Sequence record: SRR22947725_362 | Length of the DNA: 53,847 nt | Direction: 5' to 3' (one strand) | Shown: piece by piece, positions 46,418 to 53,847 of the stretch | Position numbering within the stretch: the first letter of the stretch is position 1 | Layout: every line of letters begins with the position of its first letter | Notes under the pieces: model-generated | Told to the model about the DNA's origin: nothing | The model's input: the letters and a program-made list of their open reading frames with translations, nothing else | Databases searched by the model: none | Made by a program: the position numbers and the translations under genes

Positions 46418-48415
46418 TCAAAAAGTGATATTGAGTTGGGTGTGAGTCGTACTGAGGTCTATTTTGGCTTCATGTAAGGGAAGGAAAATAAAGAATTCCG
46501 TTCCTCTGCCGACCTCACTTTCAACGTGAATCCACCCGGAGTGATTATTAATCGTACCATAAGCCATTGCTAAGCCCATGCCTGTTCCTTTACCCACTTC
46601 TTTAGTCGTGAAGAACGGGTCAAAAATAGTTTTTAGGTTTTCAGGTTTAATGCCGGTGCCATTATCTTTGACGCGAATGCAGGCGAAGTTATCAGGAATG
46701 GTTTCTGGGTTGGCTAGATGCCAGCCCGGAGTGTAGTCATTGGCCATTTCTAGTCTAAAGAAGATTTTGGCATTTTCATGATTTTCTAAGGCATCTCTGG
46801 CATTAATAAGCAGGTTGAGAAGAACTTGCTCTAGTTGGGTTGCATCAGCTTTAACATAAATGGGTTCAGGATGAAGAATGAGTCGTGATTTAAGAGTTTT
46901 TCTCGCCATCGGTTCAAATAAGGCATAAGCAGAGCTTAAAATTTGACTGAGATCGACTTTCTTGACTTCGTACTTTCCTTTTTGAGCAAAACCTAAGAGT
47001 TGGCCCGTTAATGATGATGCTTTGGTGACGGCATTAACTATATTATTTTGTAGAGCTTGTTTCTTTTCTTCATTTGGGTTTTTGGCGATCGAATCGAGAC
47101 TACCTTGAATTGAGTGTAGAAGATTGTTAAAGTCATGGGCAATACCACCGGCTAGACGGCCAACGGACTCGAGTCTTTGGGAGTGAGTCAATTGATGCAT
47201 GAGTTCTTGGCGTTCGTGCGATAGTTTGTGCCTTGCAGTGCTGTTTCTACCTGTGAGAAGAGCAAACTTATCACCCATTTCTACAAGATTTATACTGAAT
47301 TCAATACTGATAATTCTTTCTTTGTAGTCTTTGATGATCCATTCTTGTTGGATCGGTTCGCCTTCATTTTTGACGAGGTTCCACCAGACACGCTCCCATT
47401 TTTTACTTTCATTAGAAACATGCTTGAGGTATTCTGGGATATCGTTTCGGCGGTAAATGACCAAGTCAGTTAAGTATTGCTTTTGAAGCTCGGAGATTTC
47501 CTGACCGAGGTATTTTACGGCAATTTTATTACCATCGAAAATTCGACCATCTTTACCGACGAGCAATAAGATGTCTTGTGAGTTTTCAACAAAGAGTTCA
47601 AAGCGACCTTCCCATTCGTGAGCATAGCTTTGAATGATTTTTTTACGAGTATATGAATTGACGATTGCTTTGAGGAAATCGAGGGGGTTTTTTTCTTGGT
47701 GTTGGGCGAGTTCTTCTTCATTCATATTTAAGTAGAGAGTAGTTAATATACCAAGCCAAACCATGGTGAAAGCTCTGGATAAGTAGAGTCTCTGCATATT
47801 TTCCCAAAAATCATCTGACCATGCATCTGAAATAAGAGAGTATACGAAAGAGTCAACGACTTGGGTCAGTATGAGAGATAAGGTGACCGCCAGAAAGGTT
47901 GAAAAGCGTCTATTGCGGAAAAATTGAAAAGTGACTGGTAGTACAAGGAGGTCAATAATAATCGCTCCCAAGGCAGCGGCCACATCTTGTCGACTGCGAT
48001 TTAAGAGTTGGCTTAGGGCGTTGGCAAACTCTGAGTTTGATAATTCAAAGCCATACCAATCACATTGACCGGCAGTAATATTCGCCAAAAAGAAGAAGGT
48101 TCCACTTACTGCGATAGCACCAATGGTTAGTCTTTGAGCTTCAATAGTTCCATCGAGTGTGTAGACGATGAGCATGGCCATAATAAAGGGGGACAAAAGA
48201 AGGCTGGTTGCGACATTAATAGACAGCCCTGAAATGCCGGTTGAAAGCTGTAAGTCGGCTGAGTTAATGAAGTGGGCAAAAACCAGAAGGGTACCGACGG
48301 CGAGGTAAAATGGCGCTCTACCTATCTGCTTGCGCAATCCATGAAGAACCATAAGCGTCAATGCGGAAAATGTGACTTGTAGGAAGCAAAGTATATAGGC
48401 GTTTAAGTACTCCAT
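46418..48415 (-). CDS. Sensor histidine kinase: polytopic membrane domain, PAS, HisKA, HATPase; no receiver domain
   Basis: [50 protein letters not shown] 48415 preferred since 48493 overlaps mutM. Confidence 0.9.
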   Translation of the reverse strand: MEYLNAYILCFLQVTFSALTLMVLHGLRKQIGRAPFYLAVGTLLVFAHFINSADLQLSTGISGLSINVATSLLLSPFIMAMLIVYTLDGTIEAQRLTIGAIAVSGTFFFLANITAGQCDWYGFELSNSEFANALSQLLNRSRQDVAAALGAIIIDLLVLPVTFQFFRNRRFSTFLAVTLSLILTQVVDSFVYSLISDAWSDDFWENMQRLYLSRAFTMVWLGILTTLYLNMNEEELAQHQEKNPLDFLKAIVNSYTRKKIIQSYAHEWEGRFELFVENSQDILLLVGKDGRIFDGNKIAVKYLGQEISELQKQYLTDLVIYRRNDIPEYLKHVSNESKKWERVWWNLVKNEGEPIQQEWIIKDYKERIISIEFSINLVEMGDKFALLTGRNSTARHKLSHERQELMHQLTHSQRLESVGRLAGGIAHDFNNLLHSIQGSLDSIAKNPNEEKKQALQNNIVNAVTKASSLTGQLLGFAQKGKYEVKKVDLSQILSSAYALFEPMARKTLKSRLILHPEPIYVKADATQLEQVLLNLLINARDALENHENAKIFFRLEMANDYTPGWHLANPETIPDNFACIRVKDNGTGIKPENLKTIFDPFFTTKEVGKGTGMGLAMAYGTINNHSGWIHVESEVGRGTEFFIFLPLHEAKIDLSTTHTQLNITF

Positions 48416-48422
48416 GAGGTTC

Positions 48423-49250
48423 CTACTTTTGGCATTTTGAACAATAGAAAGTTGAGCGACCGGCGAGAACTTTTTTTCTGATTTCGCTTGCACAGGTCAA
48501 GCAGGGTTCATTTTCTCGTCCATAGACCGCAAGCTCTCGGAAAAAATAACCTTCGCTGCCATCTGGTGTGCTAAAGTCGCTTATAGTTGTTCCGCCTGCA
48601 GCAATAGCTTCAGTAAGGACTTCCTGTATTTTCTGTACAAGAATGGTGAGTTTTTGCGAACTTAATTTTCCAGAGGGTGTGAGTGGTGATATCTTGGCGC
48701 GAAATAGAGCTTCAGAAGCATAAATATTTCCGACTCCAACGACGCAATTATTATCCATTATCAGGTTTTTAATTGGCTTGGTCTTTTTGAGGCAAAACTT
48801 CTTTAGGTATTTCGGGGTGAAATGCTTTTCGAGGGGTTCTGGCCCTAGGTGTTCCAAGCATTCTGGCAATGCGCCTTTAACCGTTAGGGTTACAAGTTTG
48901 ACAATACCAAACCTTCTTGCATCTTCGTAACGCCAGCTGAGATCATCATTTAATAAGAAGTTGACGTGCTCATGCTTTTTTAAAGGTTCACTTTTATCGA
49001 CAATACGAAATTTACCGGTCATACCGAGGTGTAGCAAAAGAGCTTTTTCGCCGGAGAGTTCGGCAATAATATATTTGGCGCGTCTTTTTAAGGAGAGAAT
49101 CTTTCTTGAAGAGGACCCCTTTTTTAGGTAATCGCTATCAATCAAATTGCGTAACTGCGGGTTCTTGACATCGACATCAAGAATAGTTTTTCCAACAAGC
49201 GTTTTTTCTAAAGCTCGGCAGACAGTTTCGACTTCTGGCAGTTCAGGCAT
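48423..49250 (-). CDS. mutM: Formamidopyrimidine-DNA glycosylase
   Basis: MPELPEVET, RRAKY, HLGMTG, GVGNIYASE, C-terminal zinc finger CLTC...CSKC. Confidence 0.97.
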   Translation of the reverse strand: MPELPEVETVCRALEKTLVGKTILDVDVKNPQLRNLIDSDYLKKGSSSRKILSLKRRAKYIIAELSGEKALLLHLGMTGKFRIVDKSEPLKKHEHVNFLLNDDLSWRYEDARRFGIVKLVTLTVKGALPECLEHLGPEPLEKHFTPKYLKKFCLKKTKPIKNLIMDNNCVVGVGNIYASEALFRAKISPLTPSGKLSSQKLTILVQKIQEVLTEAIAAGGTTISDFSTPDGSEGYFFRELAVYGRENEPCLTCASEIRKKVLAGRSTFYCSKCQK

Positions 49251-49402
49251 TTTTGATCCAATCTCTATTAAAGAAAATACATAACAGTAACAACTTTGGT
49301 GTTGTTATCTACTAATTTGAGGATCAATTTATTAGACCTAAGACTTACATCAATGCCGTTTGTCGAATTTATTGTGGCTGATTTTAATCCAGAGGTTAAT
49401 TA

Positions 49403-51571
49403 GTGTTGAGATTTCTTTTAATTTTGTTTTTAACGATGACCTGCTTATTCTCGAATGAAAAGGCAGATAAAACTTGGGCGGATGCCAATCGATTTTATGA
49501 GCAAGCGGAAGAACAAATTCGCAAATCGGGTCATGGCGAAGCAGCTGTTCTTTTTAAAGCCTCTTTAGATATGTTAAAACGCCTGCAGTACGATTACCCT
49601 ACGTGGAATTCGAGTGTCGTCAAAAATAGGCTGACAGCATGCAAGCAAAGAATAGCAGATGCGGAAAAGCTCATTTTACAAAGCATTCAAAATCTTACCA
49701 AAGAAGAGCTTCAGGAAGAACTGAAGACCACGCAGATTGCCAAAGCTAAATTCTCAAAAGCGATGATGATTCTTTATGACGATCTCAATCGTACAAAGCA
49801 AGAATTAAAGATGAAGACTGCGGCTTTAAATCAGGTGCGTGAAGCAGCTGGCATGAGGGTGACAGATAAAGCTCACCTAGATAAGTTGACATTTGAAAAC
49901 TTAAAATTGCGTAAAAGCTTACGTGATAAAGAGATGAGGATCCTTTCTCTTTCTAATGATGATGAAAATAGCTCTAATAAGGAAGTCAATACTGAAATTT
50001 TAAAGTACAAGAAGCTGCAAAAAGAGTTAGTTGCCAAAGAAGAAAAGTTTAAGGCTGAAAAAGTTAAAATGGCAGGTCAGCTGAGGGATATATCTTTGCA
50101 GTTGGCAGCTGTTAAGGGAAAAGAAAAGACTTTTGAGGAGAGTTTGTCTGAAATGGAGTCTTTAAAAGAGCAATGGCAGAAAAAAGCTGCAGAACAAAAG
50201 CTCTTGGCAGCTAAGTATAATGTATCGGTCAAAGACTTAAGCCAAAAGCTTAGCCTGGCTCTTAATAGAGTGAAAGGCGCCAAAGAGCGTGAAGCCGAAA
50301 TGGTGAACTCTATTTCAGCTTTGAAAAAGAATGGTGGTAGTAGCAAGATGGTGGCAAATCTCACCGAGAGAAATGATGATTTGATTAAGAAAAATAATCA
50401 ATTAGAAAAAACAAATATTGATTTGTCAACGAAATATAGAAGCCTCTCTAATGAACTTGGCAAATCGCGACAGCTATTGAAAGATCAGATTGAAGGTACG
50501 GTTTCGTCAAGTAAAGAAAATACCCAGCTCAAAACAAACTCTAAAAAACTAGAAGAAGCATATGTAGCTTTAAAGAAAGAGTTTAAAAATGAACAACGCG
50601 AGAAGTTGAGTTTTAAAAATGAAAATAAGTCTTTACAGGCTCAGCTTAAAATCGTGCAAAAGATTAACGCGGATTATAAATCTGAAGCAAAGAAAGTTAC
50701 TCCTGTAGTTGGTCAACAGCCTATGGCCGATTCAAAACTATTGCAGGCCTATGAGAAACAAGTGAAAGATGCTCAGGGAAAGGTTTTGTTCTTAGAGACA
50801 AAAATTAGAGCTCTTAGTAAAGAAAATGTTGCTTTAAAAGAGGAAAATATTACGGGTGATGAACAGATTATTCGCAAGTATGTAGAAACTCGTGAAGAGT
50901 TAAAGGTTTATAAAGCTAGAGCACGCAAGATGTATGAACAACTCAAGACTATTGAAGGTGGAGTTGATACTGTTATTGAAGCGGCGATGTCAAAAGATGA
51001 TGAAGCTGAGAATAGTCGTTTGCGTAAAATTAATGATCTTCTTTTTAGAGCCAGTAAACAAAAAGACCCAGAAGTCGCTATTGGCTTATATGCAAATGTC
51101 TTGAAATTAGATAATAAAAATTTTGATGCTTTGTTGAGGATTGGCTTTTTATCTTATGAGCAGCGCCATTTTCACGATGCCGTTGTACATCTCCAAAAAG
51201 CATTTTATCAGCAACCGGATCACCCGCAGCTGCTCTTGGCCCTTGGTATTTCTTTAGTTGAGTTAGATAAGTTAGAGCTAGCCATGTCCTCTTTAAGTCG
51301 ATTAGTTGGTAAGTACCCTAAAGATAGTCAGGCTCATTTACAGCTCGGTGTTGTTTTACAGGGTTTGGGCTGGATAGAAGCAGCTATTAATCATTTTACT
51401 GTTGCCTTTGAGATTGACCCTCAAAGTGGAGATGCGGCTTTTAATCTTGCGGTCAGTTATTTGGCTTTACAGGAGCCTAATGTTGCCGAAGCAAGAGTAT
51501 TTTATAATAAGGCAGTCAATTTGGGCGTTTTAAAAGATCCCGTTTTAGAAAAGTACTTTTCTGAAGAGTAG
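49403..51571 (+). CDS. Exported long coiled-coil protein with C-terminal TPR repeats
   Basis: Signal peptide, K/E/L-rich heptad-like middle, TPR motifs (AHLQLGVVL-G-A-F-A-EIDP, AAFNLA). Confidence 0.75.
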   Translation: MLRFLLILFLTMTCLFSNEKADKTWADANRFYEQAEEQIRKSGHGEAAVLFKASLDMLKRLQYDYPTWNSSVVKNRLTACKQRIADAEKLILQSIQNLTKEELQEELKTTQIAKAKFSKAMMILYDDLNRTKQELKMKTAALNQVREAAGMRVTDKAHLDKLTFENLKLRKSLRDKEMRILSLSNDDENSSNKEVNTEILKYKKLQKELVAKEEKFKAEKVKMAGQLRDISLQLAAVKGKEKTFEESLSEMESLKEQWQKKAAEQKLLAAKYNVSVKDLSQKLSLALNRVKGAKEREAEMVNSISALKKNGGSSKMVANLTERNDDLIKKNNQLEKTNIDLSTKYRSLSNELGKSRQLLKDQIEGTVSSSKENTQLKTNSKKLEEAYVALKKEFKNEQREKLSFKNENKSLQAQLKIVQKINADYKSEAKKVTPVVGQQPMADSKLLQAYEKQVKDAQGKVLFLETKIRALSKENVALKEENITGDEQIIRKYVETREELKVYKARARKMYEQLKTIEGGVDTVIEAAMSKDDEAENSRLRKINDLLFRASKQKDPEVAIGLYANVLKLDNKNFDALLRIGFLSYEQRHFHDAVVHLQKAFYQQPDHPQLLLALGISLVELDKLELAMSSLSRLVGKYPKDSQAHLQLGVVLQGLGWIEAAINHFTVAFEIDPQSGDAAFNLAVSYLALQEPNVAEARVFYNKAVNLGVLKDPVLEKYFSEE

Positions 51572-51736
51572 TTGTTTCAATTAAGCGAGATCGTTAGGGA
51601 ACATTATATTAATTTGTAATGTCTGGTGAGAAGTTATTTTTGAAATTTATTTTTAATTTGAGTATTCTGTTTAAGAGTATTTAATCATTATATGCAATTT
51701 TTATCCTATTTATTATTTTTGAGTAAGTTTTAATTC

Positions 51737-51765
51737 TTAAATAACTAAGATCATTTAGGTATAAT
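51737..51765 (+). promoter_or_regulatory. Putative sigma70 promoter upstream of prc
   Basis: TTAAAT (51737-51742), 17 nt, TATAAT (51760-51765); AT-rich context lowers specificity. Confidence 0.35.
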
Positions 51766-51906
51766 TAATGCGCTTAAAGAGACGTATGTCCGGAATTATT
51801 TCATCCATGATGGTGATACTTGGTGACGCACTGTTTCATTTTACTTGAAAATGTATTATTTTCTTAAGAATAAAAAAGTTAGATAATTTAGTAGAGGTCA
51901 AATTTT

Positions 51907-53847
51907 ATGACTGTTGGAAAGAAACTTTTAAGTATTTTAATTTTACTTACATCCTTGTCAGTGTCCGGTGAGTTTAAGCCGATAGTTTTAGAAAAGTCAG
52001 ATAAAGAAATTGCCAAATATGTGACTCGAATGATGGAAGTCTATCATTACTCAAGAGTCAAAATGGATAATGACCTTTCTCAGAAAATGTTTTTGGAATA
52101 TTTTCGCCATTTGGATTTCAATCGCCGTATATTTTTACAGGAGGACATCGAGGAATTTCGTACTTATGAAATGCTCCTTGATCAAATGTTTAAAAGTGGT
52201 GACCTTACTTTCCCACTACAGCTCTATAATCGTTATATTCAACGCTTACAGGAGCGAGTCGAATTTGTTCAAAAAAGAATTCACCAGCCATTTAATTTTG
52301 GTGAGGAAGAATCTTATACGGTAGATCGCTCTAAAGGTGATTGGGCGAAATCGAAGAAAGAGCTTAACGATATCTGGCGTCAGTTTTTGAAAAATGAAGT
52401 TCTGCGTATGGAATTAGCTGAGATAGCAGAGCAACAGAGCTTAAAAGAAGAATCAGAAAAGAAGAAGGAAGGTAATGAGGCTGCTGAAGCTCCTAAGCAA
52501 GAAGAGGAAGTAGTTAAAGAAGAAAAAAAGAAAGTTACTCCTCAGGAAATGATTGCCAAAAGATATAGAACTTTTTTGAAATACCAGGAAGAGAATGACC
52601 GCGAAAACCTTCTGGAATTGTCATTAAACGTTATGACTAAATGTTTCGACCCTCATTCAAACTATTTTGGCGCTAAGGCTCAAGAAGAATTTGAGATTAG
52701 TATGAAGCTTTCACTAATTGGCATTGGTGCGACTTTGATGATGGATGATGGTTATACCAAAGTTACATCGCTTGTTCCTGGCGGTCCGGCGGCTTCAGGT
52801 AAGCAATTAAAGGTTGGAGATCGAATTATTGGCGTAGGTCAAGGCGATGAGCAATTGGTTGATACTATTGATATGCGTCTTTCAAAAGTGGTTTCAATGA
52901 TCCGCGGTAAGAAAGGGACTGTAGTAACTTTGAATCTCGTTAGAGGCGGCGTAAATGGCTCCAATCATCAGATAAAAATTACCCGAGATAAAATTAAACT
53001 TAAAGCTTCGGAAGCAAAAGGTGAAATTAAGAAAGTCAAAGTTAGTGACAATACGATTGAAAAAGTCGGCGTCATTCATCTTCCCTCTTTTTATGCAGAC
53101 TGGGATGCTGTTCGCGAAGGTCGCGAAGGTAAGAGTTCAACTGCTGATATCAAGCGAATCCTTAAAGAGCAGATGGCTAAGGGCATTGATTCACTAATTA
53201 TTGACTTAAGAGATAATGGCGGTGGTAGTTTACCAGAGGCAATCGCTCTTACTGGCTTATTTGTAGATAAAGGTCCAGTCGTTCAGATTCGCGAAGGTTC
53301 AGGCCGTATTTATGTTCGCAATGATGAAGATGCCGGGACAATATACGATGGGCCGTTAGTCGTATTAGTTAATGAAGGCAGTGCTTCGGCTTCTGAGATT
53401 TTTGCAGCAGCTATTCAGGACTATAAACGCGGAGTTGTTGTTGGTACTTACAGAACCCATGGTAAAGGGACTGTCCAGCAGGTTCAATCTTTAGATAGGT
53501 TAAGGGTTTTTGCTGATCGCAAAGATCTAAAGCCGGGCCAGGTCAAATATACAATGGCTAAGTTTTATCGTATTAATGGCGGCAGTACACAGAAGAAAGG
53601 TGTCGTGCCTGACATTATTTTACCAAGTTATGCAGAGTATGATGATCATGGCGAAGCAACTTTAAGAAATGTTTTGAAGTGGGATGAGATTCGAAATTTG
53701 AATGTAGATCAGGATTTGGTTATTAAGGGAATCTTACCTGAACTGACTAAGCGTTCTACAGTTAGGATTAAAAGTTCGAAAGACTTTCAGGACCTGATGA
53801 CAGACATTGATTATTTTAAAGAGCGACTTGAGCGTAAAAGTGTTTCT
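51907..53847 (+). CDS. prc: Carboxy-terminal processing protease Prc/Tsp (S41A), runs off the window end; absent from the ORF track
   Basis: Read by hand from ATG 51907 (RBS AGAGG): signal peptide, DPHSNY, IGIGA and PDZ, IDLRDNGGG, SASASEIFA, GKGTVQ, FYRINGGSTQ-GVVPDI. Confidence 0.93.
   Translation, partial: MTVGKKLLSILILLTSLSVSGEFKPIVLEKSDKEIAKYVTRMMEVYHYSRVKMDNDLSQKMFLEYFRHLDFNRRIFLQEDIEEFRTYEMLLDQMFKSGDLTFPLQLYNRYIQRLQERVEFVQKRIHQPFNFGEEESYTVDRSKGDWAKSKKELNDIWRQFLKNEVLRMELAEIAEQQSLKEESEKKKEGNEAAEAPKQEEEVVKEEKKKVTPQEMIAKRYRTFLKYQEENDRENLLELSLNVMTKCFDPHSNYFGAKAQEEFEISMKLSLIGIGATLMMDDGYTKVTSLVPGGPAASGKQLKVGDRIIGVGQGDEQLVDTIDMRLSKVVSMIRGKKGTVVTLNLVRGGVNGSNHQIKITRDKIKLKASEAKGEIKKVKVSDNTIEKVGVIHLPSFYADWDAVREGREGKSSTADIKRILKEQMAKGIDSLIIDLRDNGGGSLPEAIALTGLFVDKGPVVQIREGSGRIYVRNDEDAGTIYDGPLVVLVNEGSASASEIFAAAIQDYKRGVVVGTYRTHGKGTVQQVQSLDRLRVFADRKDLKPGQVKYTMAKFYRINGGSTQKKGVVPDIILPSYAEYDDHGEATLRNVLKWDEIRNLNVDQDLVIKGILPELTKRSTVRIKSSKDFQDLMTDIDYFKERLERKSVS

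Noticed and set aside
48416-48493. Long N-terminal extension of the kinase overlapping mutM by 71 nt
   Set aside because: ATG 48415 lies just after the mutM stop with an AGGA upstream and starts the hydrophobic domain; the extension is an ORF-calling artefact
52410-52550. E/K-rich low-complexity insert in Prc as an intein or separate domain
   Set aside because: Short charged linker with no splicing motifs; variable loops are common at this position
872-53079. The many 60-180 aa ORFs in the track nested in or antisense to long genes (e.g. 23744-24295, 23781-24185, 18029-18376, 50077-50364, 52070-52324, 52894-53079)
   Set aside because: They lie within well-supported CDSs (the last two inside prc), carry no recognisable motifs and look like shadow ORFs

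Overview
Bacterial chromosomal window, AT-rich. The ECF sigma type, DUF1570-like protein and coiled-coil/TPR protein suggest a PVC-superphylum organism such as Lentisphaerae; this is inference only. Left arm (1-14025): Fe3+-type ABC importer, class II cytochrome c, uvrB at the end of an atypical His-rich metal ABC operon, ECF sigma, ridA, a single-domain receiver, proS, a candidate stand-alone ~135-nt sRNA, and an NtrC-family regulator. Centre (14233-42460): a ~28 kb surface-glycan locus. It carries pseudaminic acid genes pseB-C-F-G-I with a methyltransferase/formyltransferase/PIG-L deacetylase cassette where pseH usually sits, an oxidoreductase-aminotransferase-GNAT module, two HP-motif candidate nonulosonate transferases, a PhyH-like dioxygenase, a PglK-like ABC flippase, further methyl- and glycosyltransferases, an O-antigen-ligase-like protein, two galE copies, and two paralogous transglutaminase-like genes that are each broken by point lesions. 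Right arm (42462-53847): a minus-strand run of mutM, a histidine kinase whose membrane sensor resembles the YhhQ/Vut_1 queuosine-precursor transporter, eukaryotic-type hisA, a 5'-nucleotidase and a zinc metallopeptidase-like protein; then a coiled-coil/TPR protein and a 3'-truncated Prc/Tsp protease that the ORF track missed. No rRNA, tRNA, CRISPR array or mobile element was seen. All product calls rest on motif recognition by eye; no database search was run.
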